Shown here: one piece after another, positions 8,961 through 18,026 of the stretch
Layout: each line of letters begins with the position of its first letter
Position numbering within the stretch: the first letter of the stretch is position 1
Source of the DNA: Candidatus Zixiibacteriota bacterium
GTDB lineage: Bacteria > Zixibacteria > MSB-5A5 > WJJR01
NCBI GenBank assembly: GCA_016199865.1
Contig: JACQFV010000067.1
Coordinates: 1 to 51,340 of the forward strand
Reading direction: 5' to 3'
DNA: 51,340 nt
Position numbers and translations under genes: made by a program
Notes under the pieces: generated by a model
What the model was told of the DNA's origin: nothing
The model's database searches: none
Seen by the model: only the letters and a program-made list of their open reading frames with translations

Positions 8961-9866
8961 TTGGAAGGTCGCGTCATCAAAAGTTTTGGGAATCGCTTCA
9001 TCGTGCAGACCGAAATGGGCACGCTCGACTGCGGTCTGCGGGGACGGATGCGACTGGATGATTCTCACACCGGCACACCGGTCGCGGTCGGCGACAACGT
9101 CGTCGTCGCCTTGGAAGAGGCGCCCCATGGCGTCATCGAATCGGTGCTTCCCCGGCGCAACCGTTTGTCGCGTCCCGACGTGCACAATCCCGACTGCGAG
9201 CAGATTCTCGTCGCCAACTGCGACCAACTCGTTGTCGTGGCCGCCGTGGCCAAACCGCGGCTGAAGCATGGCGCCATCGACCGGTTTCTCTTGTGCGGGG
9301 AGAAGGCGGGGCTTCGCTGCCTCGTCGTGCTCAACAAGATCGATCTGGCCCCAGCGGATGATTTTGAGCCGACTCGCCAGGTATACGCCAACGCCGGGTA
9401 CCCGGTTCTTCTGACCTCCGCTTTGGAGGGTCTGGGGTTGGATGGCTTGAAGAGCGCGGTGCAGTCGAAAACATCGATTTTCGCCGGCCACTCCGGAGTC
9501 GGAAAATCATCCCTGCTCAATGCCCTACAGCCGGGGCTCAAACTGCGCACCCGGGAGGTCTCCTATGCGACCGCGCGCGGCACCCACACCACCACTCGGA
9601 TCGAATTGCATCCCCTCGATTTCGGCGGCTTCATCGCCGACACCCCGGGGCTGCGGGCGATCGGGCTATGGCAGTTGGCACCGGAAGAACTCCCCCATCT
9701 CTATCCGGAATTCACGTCGCATCTGGGAACATGCCGATTCGATAATTGCTGCCACGTCGCCGAGCCGGGCTGCGGTGTCAAAGAAGCCGTCGGGAGGGGC
9801 ACGATCAGTCCGGAGCGATATGAAGGCTACCTGCGCATCCGCGAGTCATTGCAGGACGGGGACTAA
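8961..9866 (+). CDS. rsgA: Ribosome small-subunit-dependent GTPase A
   Basis: TTG start preceded by ggag. 'VLNKIDL', 'GHSGVGKSSLLNAL', 'DTPG', and zinc knuckle 'CRFDNCCHVAEPGC'. Confidence 0.93.
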   Translation: MEGRVIKSFGNRFIVQTEMGTLDCGLRGRMRLDDSHTGTPVAVGDNVVVALEEAPHGVIESVLPRRNRLSRPDVHNPDCEQILVANCDQLVVVAAVAKPRLKHGAIDRFLLCGEKAGLRCLVVLNKIDLAPADDFEPTRQVYANAGYPVLLTSALEGLGLDGLKSAVQSKTSIFAGHSGVGKSSLLNALQPGLKLRTREVSYATARGTHTTTRIELHPLDFGGFIADTPGLRAIGLWQLAPEELPHLYPEFTSHLGTCRFDNCCHVAEPGCGVKEAVGRGTISPERYEGYLRIRESLQDGD

Positions 9867-10327
9867 TGGGCCGGACGGATCGCGCACTGTCAGGGAGAGC
9901 AAAGGTGCATGTCGGATCGCTCCTGCTGTTGTGCATCATGGTGATTGGTGTCTGGCAGACGGGGTGTGAGAAGCCAAGGGACCCGGTTCAGATTTTGAAA
10001 GGGTTTATCCCGCGCATCGAGCACGCCCTCAACCATCATGACTTCTCGGCATTACAATCGATGGGCATATCCCCTTTTGACGCCGGTCAGTTCATCACCG
10101 ACCTGCGTGGCCCCGTCGCTTCCGACACTGTGTCTCTGCGATTTGTGCGTGTCGTCTTCCCCCGACCGACGGAGGCGCAGCTGACCTTGAGAATGTCCAA
10201 GATGACACTCGAAGGCCATGCCGACCGTCCGGTCGAGATTCATTTGATTGAGGATGGGAAATGGCGGATCGATGGGTACTCAATCCCCCAGCCCCAGCCG
10301 GATTCGACCGGGGCCGACAGGAGGTGA
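9866..10327 (+). CDS. Hypothetical lipoprotein
   Basis: TAATG overlap with rsgA. Lipobox-like 'MVIGVWQTGC'. No recognisable domain. Confidence 0.6.
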   Translation: MGRTDRALSGRAKVHVGSLLLLCIMVIGVWQTGCEKPRDPVQILKGFIPRIEHALNHHDFSALQSMGISPFDAGQFITDLRGPVASDTVSLRFVRVVFPRPTEAQLTLRMSKMTLEGHADRPVEIHLIEDGKWRIDGYSIPQPQPDSTGADRR

Positions 10328-10431
10328 CTCAGCCGTGCTGAGGCCATCCGGAATAGGGCAAGTCGCGTATAAGCACCGTGCTTCCGCCGGGCTGAACGCC
10401 GTGCGGATCAAAGCGGCGGAATGAGAGGCAA

Positions 10432-10956
10432 GTGCGATCGCTCATAGGACAAATGGCGGTGTTTGTGATCGCGGCGGCGGCACTGGGAGCTGCGCGCAAT
10501 GCCATCGCCCCTGGAGGAATCGACTGGATCGGCCAATGGGCCGACCCCTTCATATCCTCCTCCGATTCGACCATTGCCCGCCCCACGTCTGCGCTGCCCA
10601 ACGACCCGCCCTTTCTCACCTTCGAGCAGGCCAAAGCCAAGCATTCCGACCCCAAGGTGATCTTCGTCGACGCCCGGTACCCCGAGGATTACCAGCAGGG
10701 TCACATGCCCGGCGCCATCCTGCTGCCGTTTGAGATGTTCGATGGCTTCTGGCCGGGCGTCGAGCCGCGCCTGCCGCGCGACCGCGAGATCGTCACATAC
10801 TGTGCCGGGACTGACTGCGAATTGTCTCTGTTTCTGGCCCGCCTCCTGCGCGACAAGGGGTACGAGCACGTCGAAATCTTCTATGGCGGCGCCGAGCTTT
10901 GGAAAGACAACCGAATGCCGATGGACACCACCGCTGCCCCGCCGCCGGGGGCGTAA
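10432..10956 (+). CDS. Rhodanese-like domain protein with N-terminal TM anchor
   Basis: 'VIFVDARYPEDYQQGHMPGAILLP' and 'IVTYCAGTDCELS' (rhodanese loop position). GTG at 10432 or ATG at 10453. Confidence 0.8.
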   Translation: MRSLIGQMAVFVIAAAALGAARNAIAPGGIDWIGQWADPFISSSDSTIARPTSALPNDPPFLTFEQAKAKHSDPKVIFVDARYPEDYQQGHMPGAILLPFEMFDGFWPGVEPRLPRDREIVTYCAGTDCELSLFLARLLRDKGYEHVEIFYGGAELWKDNRMPMDTTAAPPPGA

Positions 10957-10976
10957 CTGGAGGAGAGGCCCGCAAA

Positions 10977-11456
10977 GTGAAATTCCTGCGCAACGAATGG
11001 ATTTGCCTAATCGGGAGAGTGATACTCGGTGGCGTCTTTGTCTATGCGTCGTGGGACAAGATCCTACATCCCGACGGCTTTGCGCATGCCGTGCACAACT
11101 ACCGCGTCTTGCCGGATTCACTGATCAGTCTCTTTGCATTGATGCTGCCCTGGCTGGAATTGCTATGCGGCGTCTCTTTGATCCTGGGGCTGCGTTTCCA
11201 AGCCGCCGCCACACTCTCAGGTGGGCTCTTGGTGATCTTCCTTGTTGCGGTCTGCATCACGATCGCGCGCGGCATCAACATCGAGTGCGGCTGCTTCACG
11301 GTCTCGGCGCATGGACGCCAGGCCGGCCTGTCCGTCTTGATACAGGATGCCGGTCTTTTGCTCCTCACGCTGAATGCGCTCTTCAGCGGCGCGGGGAAGT
11401 GGGCGTTGGCATCCACACCCTCACCCGTCGCATCCACTCCCGCTCCTCTCGGTTGA
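10977..11456 (+). CDS. MauE/DoxX-family redox-associated membrane protein
   Basis: GTG at 10977 follows aggagag. Four TM helices, 'ALMLPWLELLCGVSLILG', 'CGCF'. The listed 10899 start overlaps the rhodanese gene and is unlikely. Confidence 0.75.
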   Translation: MKFLRNEWICLIGRVILGGVFVYASWDKILHPDGFAHAVHNYRVLPDSLISLFALMLPWLELLCGVSLILGLRFQAAATLSGGLLVIFLVAVCITIARGINIECGCFTVSAHGRQAGLSVLIQDAGLLLLTLNALFSGAGKWALASTPSPVASTPAPLG

Positions 11457-11514
11457 TTCGCTCTGACTCTGCCGGTCACAGCAAACTGAACGGTCTCGCT
11501 GTGCATTGAAAAAC

Positions 11515-11536
11515 GGGCGGCCACAGAGGGCCGCCC
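11515..11536 (-). terminator. Stem-loop gggcggcc-acagag-ggccgccc; the U-run (GTTTTTC) follows it only when read on the minus strand
   Basis: Perfect 8-bp GC stem. 'gaaaaac' precedes it on the plus strand. It could also serve the plus-strand MauE/DoxX gene. Confidence 0.45.
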
Positions 11537-11586
11537 CTACGGGTGTGTTCGACCCCATTTGTAGGGGCAGGCCTGTGTGCCTGCCC
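11534..11586. repeat. REP-like element: cccctac..gtagggg arms plus gggcaggc-ctgtgt-gcctgccc hairpin
   Basis: Read directly. It shares the 'gggtgtgttc..accc' lead-in and 'ggcag.c..g.ctgcc' hairpin design with 33008-33102. Confidence 0.7.
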
Positions 11587-12049
11587 TCTCCGGATTTCCC
11601 CGACCACAAACGACAAGGGCCTCGTCCCCGCGGCGAGGCCCATCTCCCAATCCGAACTCGACTACGATCTATCGTTCAGTACCGCATAATCAGGTGGGGT
11701 TGGCGCGCGCGCAATTCTTTGACCAGTCCCTTGGCTTGGGCTCTCATCCGTGAAAGGTCTCCGATTATCGTGTTCGCGCTCGCTCCAACCCCTGTGTCAC
11801 GACAAAGAGTCTTACAGGTCCGTGTGATTATGCTACAACCTACGTGCCAATGGATGCCAGGCTCAGTCTCTAAGCTGTATCTCTTTGGGATTCAGCATGA
11901 TACGGCCTAATGATCTTCCACATCACACGACGGCCACAGCCCATTCGGGCGCAGCAACTGCGAATGTCGGCCCTGCGCCTATCGATCAGATCATCTATCG
12001 ATCTGTATGCCAACGGCTTAGTAAACGCACACTGTGCGCCGCAGCAATG

Positions 12050-13087
12050 TCAATCGGAGAACGGCGCCGGCGTGAAGCAGAGAGCGAAGATGACAAAGGC
12101 CAGCCATCCCAGAATCCGACGCCCACGGCCAATCGGAATCTCATCGATCATCGTCGGTGGGTGTTGCGGCCGCATCAAGAGACCGATTCCCACCCAGATC
12201 AGCCACCACGGCCACCAGAATGAAATCGTCGCCAAGGCCGCAATTGCCGCTATACCCAACCACCGCTGGCCCCGGCCGAACAGGGCATAGGCAATGTGCC
12301 CACCGTCGAGTTGTCCGATCTGCAGGAGGTTGAACATCGTCACCAGCAGTCCCGCCCACCCGGCAAATGCAATCGGGTGGAGGATGACATCCTGATCGGG
12401 ACCCAGCCCCGGCAAAATCAGAGACGCCAAACCGCGAAACAGAAGCGACTCCCCGAGCATGAGCTTATCCGCGTGCGCCTCAGGTCCGACGATGGTCGAG
12501 TGCGCCAGCCCGACGATCAAGGCCGTGACCGCGATGACAAATCCCGCCAACGGCCCCGCCACGGCCATGTCAAACAGCGCGACACGGTCCCGGATCGGCG
12601 AGCGTAGCCGGATGAACGCCCCGAATGTGCCCAGTATCGTCGGCGCGGGGATGAAGTACGGCCAGCTCGCGTCGATCTTCCATTTCCGTGCCAGTATGAA
12701 ATGCCCGAATTCGTGGAAGAGTAGGATCGCCAGAAACCACACGGCAAATTTCGGCCCGCCCAACAATGTCGTCGATCCGACCGTGGCCAGGAACAGAGCC
12801 ACGTTGATCCATGGCACTGTCTCGGTCTGTTCCTCCCAATGCACTGTGACCAACGCCCGCGGTCCCACTTGGCCGGGGTTTAGTCCCGTCTCGACGGTCG
12901 ACCGATAACCCGCCGCCGTCAGGCGCGCCGATGCCGCGGCGGCGAAATCATTCGCGGGAACCAACGGCGCTCCCCGCAACACCACCGAACTGCGCGTGCT
13001 GTAGATGGCCTCCAGAATGAACAGGTCCTCGAGCAGACGCCGCACCTGCAACGTCTTCTCGTGAACCTCCTGGCGATTCAAAGCCAT
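12050..13087 (-). CDS. Site-2 protease family (peptidase M50) membrane metalloprotease
   Basis: 'FHEFGHFILARKW' (HExxH in a TM helix), multiple TM helices, and 'LLQIGQLDGGHIAYALFG' (the second conserved M50 motif). Confidence 0.88.
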   Translation of the reverse strand: MALNRQEVHEKTLQVRRLLEDLFILEAIYSTRSSVVLRGAPLVPANDFAAAASARLTAAGYRSTVETGLNPGQVGPRALVTVHWEEQTETVPWINVALFLATVGSTTLLGGPKFAVWFLAILLFHEFGHFILARKWKIDASWPYFIPAPTILGTFGAFIRLRSPIRDRVALFDMAVAGPLAGFVIAVTALIVGLAHSTIVGPEAHADKLMLGESLLFRGLASLILPGLGPDQDVILHPIAFAGWAGLLVTMFNLLQIGQLDGGHIAYALFGRGQRWLGIAAIAALATISFWWPWWLIWVGIGLLMRPQHPPTMIDEIPIGRGRRILGWLAFVIFALCFTPAPFSD

Positions 13088-13208
13088 AGCGTCGGGTCCC
13101 CCACAGCTTCCAGCGACGGGGGACGGTACTATACGCTGCCACGTCGAATCCGCATAGGTCCTAAGACCCTCTAACAGAATGAACGCGGCCAGCCAGACCG
13201 ATTTCGCT

Positions 13209-13300
13209 GTGGATGCCAGGCGTCCCCGCCTGGCCGTTGCTGCGCCGGGCGAGGACGCCCGGCGTCCACTGGCGCTTGGCTCATTGCGTCAGAAGGCCTT
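13209..13300. repeat. Copy A of a ~92-bp intergenic element with a 55-bp core identical to 39408-39462
   Basis: The core 13215-13269 (gccaggcgtccccgcctggccgttgctgcgccgggcgaggacgcccggcgtccac) contains two palindromes (ccaggcg-tccc-cgcctgg; ggacgcc-c-ggcgtcc). Confidence 0.9.
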
Positions 13301-13338
13301 GCAACCTCGTGCCGACGATTCGTCCCCCGGACCAACAT

Positions 13339-13371
13339 AAAAAAAGGGAGGAAGGCCTGCGCCTTCCTCCC
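13339..13371 (-). terminator. Rho-independent terminator of the 1539-aa gene
   Basis: gggaggaaggc-ctgc-gccttcctccc (11-bp stem), followed on the minus strand by TTTTTTT (plus-strand A-run 13339-13345). Confidence 0.75.
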
Positions 13372-13406
13372 TTGGTACTGCGTTCTGACGGACTACGTGT
13401 TCGAGC

Positions 13407-16400
13407 TTAGAACCGCCACTTGCCGGCCGGACGGGCCGCCGCGTTACCCGAGACATAGCTCATCAGTTGCGTGATGTCCGCACCGTCGTTCAATCCATCG
13501 GCGTTGACGTCGCCGCAGTAGGCCGCCGGATAGATCGGCAATGCACCGTTCTGCAACCACGCCACGTCGCACAGATTGACACAACCGTCGTCGTTCACGT
13601 CACCGCGGGCATAACCACCCCACCGTGCCGCGCGCTTCGCCACTGCCACCGCGTTCGCTTCGATCACAGCCGGATTGTTGGAGACGGCGCTGACTTCATA
13701 CAGCGTTTGATCCATCTCGTGCGATCCGTTGGGATTGAGATTGAACGACTTGTTGATCAGCAGGGTATTGGCGTCATAGTTGTTCACCGGGTCATCAACC
13801 AGTCGTGTCGGCTGCTCCTGCACGAGGTCAAACCAGACACGCCCGGTATCGCCGAGCGGCCAACTGTGGGGGGCGTTCTGACGGATCGAACCCCGGTAAA
13901 TGGCGATCCGGTACGGCGAATTGACCGTCGGATCCACTCCGCAGTAGGACGTCGGCTGGTTCGTTTCGAACATGCCGTAGGCGTTGCCCGGAGTGGCTCT
14001 GTCCCATGTGGCATACCCGTCGAAGTTGTCTGAGAAGAGGCCGCTGTTGTTCGATGCGTTACCGACGTCGAGGTCGAACCACGTGCCGGCGTACAGCGGT
14101 CCTTTGGCGACCGCGTCCCGGTTCATGATCTTCCAGTGGATCAACTTGAAGTCGCCATAGAGCGGATCATACGCCCCGACTTCGGTCTGAATGACCTCAA
14201 CGCCGATGGCCGCCTGCCGCGATCCGGCAACGGCCGCAACGTTGGTGTCGGCGAAGTCGTTGGTGATAATCTCACCCAAGATGTCCGCCGCGGTCCCTGG
14301 GCAGTCGACGCCGGTGCGCTTCTGGCCCAGCACGATGCCTTTCTGGGCGTCGAAGCCGCAAACATGCGACACCGGCGCGGCGTTACCAACGAACAGACCG
14401 TGCGCGCCGGTGCTGGCGTTGCGGTATGCCTCAGCTCGCACCAGAGCGCCGCCGGTGCTTGGCCCGCCCGAAATCGAGTCGTACGCGATGTAAAATCCAC
14501 CGTCGTAGTCGGGGTCCGAGGCATCGTCATGCCAGTGCATGTTCGTCGCGTTGGCGCTCTGGAACCCGAGGGCTCCGTAGCTGAACACGCGTTCGAAGTT
14601 CTTGTTGGCGCCGGCCGGGGCGTCGTTGAAGGTCAGCTCCTCGTGGGATTCCAGACATCCGCCGACGTACAGAACGTCGAGGGTGGCATGGGACGGCGGC
14701 CCACTGAAGCTGAAGTCCGGATCGTTGTTCTCGAAATCCAGGATGTTCAGATCAATTCCGCGCCCCAGACCCGTTCCATCGACATCCCACGACAGGTCGC
14801 CCGGATCGCCGGGGTTCATCACGACCGGCAGGGGCGAGCCGTTCAACTTGATGTTGGAAGTGCGCACAGCAGCGGCAGATGCAGCCGAGAAGGAGCGCGC
14901 ACCCGGATTCCCGTTGGTCAATTGGGCGGCCTGTTCCGTCCGTTTGATATCTCCGGACATGAACTCGCCGTCGACCAACTCGCCGTTGTACGATGCGATC
15001 TGCTGGGCTTTCGTCAAAGTCGCGCCTTCTTCGTAGAGATCCGCGCCCCTGAAGGCGCTTCTCATACGCTCCGTCCGATCCACGCCGGCACGATCCAGCC
15101 CACGCAGGACGGCCGCGGCGCTGGAGGGGAGAGGATCGGCTATGCCGACGCTGCTCATTGTCAGCGGCAGGTTGCCGATGTTCTCAAACACGCCCGGTTC
15201 GGCGTGCGGCTGCCCCGGACCGCTGTTGATCGGCACCGCGACGTCCGTGCTGAAGATATCCTGCTGCAGACGCGGCCGCGGACCGGTGTCCAGACGATAG
15301 ATTGACAGACGTCCGGCGCCGCTGGGCTCAGTCGAACGGAACGACACGGCGGCATAACGGTAGCCGTTGACCGAATGTGTCGCCAGGGCGGTACCGTTGG
15401 TGATGTCCGCGCCGGCGCTCGCCGGATACGACCGGTACCACTGCAGCGTCTGGTCGACGGCTTTGAAGAGCCACCACCGCGCATTGCGATCGCCGACAAA
15501 CAAGTAGGCGTCGCAGGACAGAGCGCAGGGCTCGGTCACGCCGGCAACACCCTCGTTGGCGAAGTTATGAACCGCCACGCCCGTCGCCTTGTCCACCATC
15601 AAAACCCCGGGACCACCGTCCATCGGGAAGTAGACAAAGCCACGGCCGATCGTCGGGCACGCGAGCCCGCGGCCTGAGCTGCCCTTCCAGGCGATAGAGG
15701 GTAAAGCGCCCGACTTGTCGAGTTTGTACACATGTCCGCCGGTGGAACCGTTGCTGGTTATGCCGTAGAGGAAGTTCCCCTCGACGGAGACACCACCGGG
15801 CCATCCCTCGGTCGCAACGTCGATGTAGTTCCAGTTCGTCGCGCCCGTCGCGGCGCTGATCGAATACAACGAACCCAGACTGGCCGTGCCGGCTTGCGCC
15901 GTACCGATGTACAGATTGGCGCCATCGGTGGCCGAGCCGCTGCGCACTCCCTTGTCCAACGTGATCGGGTTTATGGCCCAACCACCGTACAGAGCGCCGG
16001 TCGCCGCCACAAAGGCATACACGCGGCTTGTCCCGGACGACGGATTGGTCGTTACGAAGAGCACGTCCGTGCCGGCAACATTGACGATCGACGTGATGCC
16101 TTTCGATGTCGCCTGGGCCAATCCCGTCGGAATGTTCCCCGCGGTGCTGTAACTCCCGTTGTTCGACCAGATGAAGCCGCTGGTTTCGAGGTCGGGTCCC
16201 AATTTGCTCACGGCATTGAAGTTACCGCCGGTGCAGTAAACGCCACTGGCGTCCACTGTGGTCACGCCACGGTTTGCCGAACCCATTTCCGGCGCGCCCT
16301 GCAATTGGCCGAGCTGCGCACCGGGTGCGGCCAGATCATACACCCGCGTCTCTTGATCTGAAGACTGATACACGCGGTCGTTCGCGATCACCGGGCTGGT

Positions 16401-18026
16401 GAAATTCGTAACCCGTGCCGTGGGTGTCGTCCATTCGAGTTTGATCCCGTTCGGATCGCCCACGTTGACGTTGGAGGCGCCGGTGCGCTGGAAATCATGC
16501 GACGACGTCGGCCAGCTGTCCGGGCCGCCCGCGCTGCAATTGGTCTCGACGATCGGCACCTTCTCCTTGCAGATGAAGGCGTCCATCCACAATTCGCGTC
16601 GGCCGTTGGCGCAGCGCTCGTTCATGTAACGCCACTGCGGCCCGCCGGTCCCGTTGAAGTTCGGATAGAACGCGAGCGAATGCGTCGGCACGGTGCAATC
16701 CGGGGTACTCGTCGGATCACCACCCGCCACGATTGTGCCGTTCACGTGGTTGGAGTTGACCGCGTCAAACTCCAGGGAGACGATCAGGTATTTGATCGGA
16801 CCCCCGTTGAGCGTGCCCCACACTTGATCGGGTACCGTCACATCGAAGAAGCAGGGATCGTAGCAGATGTCCGCGAAGGGGATGGTCTGCGTCAGTCGCA
16901 GTGTCCCCGGGGTGGGCAGTGCGCAATTCGGGCTGGGCGGGCCATCCGCGTCCCAGATCCTGAGAGTCAGCCAGGTCTGATCACCCGGATCGTTGAAACC
17001 ATCATACAGACGGATACCCACCCTCTTCAGGGTATCCAGCCCGATGGCCTCAAATGCGACAGCGAGTTGTGTTCTGCCGCCGCATGACCCGTCCGGCAAC
17101 GGCACAATGCGCGACCAGCAGTCGGTCTGCCGTGTGCCGGCGCCAGGACAATTGGCCGGTTCGGTGCCATAATACCACCATTGGTAACCGCAGATGCCCG
17201 GGGTGCAATGAGTCAGCGGGTCACTCGGGGTGTACCCCTCGGACCAGACCAACTCGTTGGCGACGCCATACGTGGCGCCGTACCATCCCGACGAACCGCC
17301 TGTGCCATAGTAGTCGTTGGCAACGCAATAGCAGTCGTTCGGTGGCACCGGATCGTCAGCGGTGTTGCCGCTGGCCGCCAAGTCAAGCGACGGTCCCAAG
17401 TTACCATAGTTGATCGTCCCCGCCGGGTCGTACACAACGATCCCAGCGTAGTACGGGCCGGTTACGCAGGCCTCGATCTTGAACGGCAGACTCAGAATCG
17501 CCGTCGGGCCCGCGGGCCAATTCACACTGTAGACCGGGCCGGCGTGCCAGAGCGCTCCCGGGGCGGGGCAGGCGGGATTCGACATATCCGCGTGCCAGAT
17601 GACGGGCTGGAAGAGCCCGCCGACGATGTTGACGTTGGAGACGCGCCCCTGGAAATTTACCGCCGTCACGTCAAAGGTGTAGTTCGATCCGGGAGCGCAA
17701 GATCCCAGAGTGTTGGGATCTTGAAATGTGGCAAGGGCCTCCGGCTCGTAACTTTCGAACCAACCGCCGAAGCGCCAACCGCCCCAGGGCCCCTGCCATG
17801 TGTTATTGCAGAAGGTCCCCTGAACGACCCGCGGGGTGCCTGCCTGAATCGTCACCGTCGGCTCGACCGCTGACAGGTCATGCGCCGGCACGGTCCTCGG
17901 CTGGTGCGGCGCCAGCGCATTGACCCGCGCGTCGTCACCGGTATTAACCAGCTTCGCGGACACGGGGCTGAACGCCAGCAGGAGCAGTCCCAAGACGAGA
18001 ACTGCAATTAAGGGTTTTTTGTGCAT
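13407..18026 (-). CDS. 1539-aa secreted protein: signal peptide, central PQQ/BamB-like beta-propeller repeats, C-terminal dockerin-like module; no T9SS sorting domain
   Basis: Signal peptide 'MHKKPLIAVLVLGLLLLAFSPVSA'. Repeated 'V/LY.G...G.vYa.d..tG...W' blades (e.g. 'SRVYAFVAATGALYGGW', 'LYSISAATGATNWNY'). The C-terminus 'GDVNDDGCVNLCDVAWL..GDVNADGLNDGADITQLMSYVSG' forms two Ca-binding dockerin repeats. Confidence 0.85.
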   Translation of the reverse strand: MHKKPLIAVLVLGLLLLAFSPVSAKLVNTGDDARVNALAPHQPRTVPAHDLSAVEPTVTIQAGTPRVVQGTFCNNTWQGPWGGWRFGGWFESYEPEALATFQDPNTLGSCAPGSNYTFDVTAVNFQGRVSNVNIVGGLFQPVIWHADMSNPACPAPGALWHAGPVYSVNWPAGPTAILSLPFKIEACVTGPYYAGIVVYDPAGTINYGNLGPSLDLAASGNTADDPVPPNDCYCVANDYYGTGGSSGWYGATYGVANELVWSEGYTPSDPLTHCTPGICGYQWWYYGTEPANCPGAGTRQTDCWSRIVPLPDGSCGGRTQLAVAFEAIGLDTLKRVGIRLYDGFNDPGDQTWLTLRIWDADGPPSPNCALPTPGTLRLTQTIPFADICYDPCFFDVTVPDQVWGTLNGGPIKYLIVSLEFDAVNSNHVNGTIVAGGDPTSTPDCTVPTHSLAFYPNFNGTGGPQWRYMNERCANGRRELWMDAFICKEKVPIVETNCSAGGPDSWPTSSHDFQRTGASNVNVGDPNGIKLEWTTPTARVTNFTSPVIANDRVYQSSDQETRVYDLAAPGAQLGQLQGAPEMGSANRGVTTVDASGVYCTGGNFNAVSKLGPDLETSGFIWSNNGSYSTAGNIPTGLAQATSKGITSIVNVAGTDVLFVTTNPSSGTSRVYAFVAATGALYGGWAINPITLDKGVRSGSATDGANLYIGTAQAGTASLGSLYSISAATGATNWNYIDVATEGWPGGVSVEGNFLYGITSNGSTGGHVYKLDKSGALPSIAWKGSSGRGLACPTIGRGFVYFPMDGGPGVLMVDKATGVAVHNFANEGVAGVTEPCALSCDAYLFVGDRNARWWLFKAVDQTLQWYRSYPASAGADITNGTALATHSVNGYRYAAVSFRSTEPSGAGRLSIYRLDTGPRPRLQQDIFSTDVAVPINSGPGQPHAEPGVFENIGNLPLTMSSVGIADPLPSSAAAVLRGLDRAGVDRTERMRSAFRGADLYEEGATLTKAQQIASYNGELVDGEFMSGDIKRTEQAAQLTNGNPGARSFSAASAAAVRTSNIKLNGSPLPVVMNPGDPGDLSWDVDGTGLGRGIDLNILDFENNDPDFSFSGPPSHATLDVLYVGGCLESHEELTFNDAPAGANKNFERVFSYGALGFQSANATNMHWHDDASDPDYDGGFYIAYDSISGGPSTGGALVRAEAYRNASTGAHGLFVGNAAPVSHVCGFDAQKGIVLGQKRTGVDCPGTAADILGEIITNDFADTNVAAVAGSRQAAIGVEVIQTEVGAYDPLYGDFKLIHWKIMNRDAVAKGPLYAGTWFDLDVGNASNNSGLFSDNFDGYATWDRATPGNAYGMFETNQPTSYCGVDPTVNSPYRIAIYRGSIRQNAPHSWPLGDTGRVWFDLVQEQPTRLVDDPVNNYDANTLLINKSFNLNPNGSHEMDQTLYEVSAVSNNPAVIEANAVAVAKRAARWGGYARGDVNDDGCVNLCDVAWLQNGALPIYPAAYCGDVNADGLNDGADITQLMSYVSGNAAARPAGKWRF

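Noticed and set aside
11835-11849. A sigma-54-like sequence is present on the minus strand (TGGCAC-gtagg-TTGT).
   Set aside because: The invariant -12 GC is replaced by GT, and no gene lies downstream on that strand before the terminator hairpin.
11537-12049. I tried to recognise tmRNA, RNase P RNA, SRP RNA or a tRNA in the gap that lacks ORFs.
   Set aside because: I found no GGUUCGAAUCC-type T-arm with a CCA end, no GAGGAAAGUCCGG (RNase P P4) and no SRP GGAA tetraloop context on either strand. Identity remains open; see the finding for this gap.
13467-17873. Plus-strand ORFs lie opposite the 1539-aa gene (14136-15305 of 389 aa, 15732-16361, 16497-17087, 17181-17873, 13467-14033).
   Set aside because: Same reasoning: low-complexity Arg-rich antisense translations, while the minus-strand frame has a signal peptide, propeller repeats and a dockerin.
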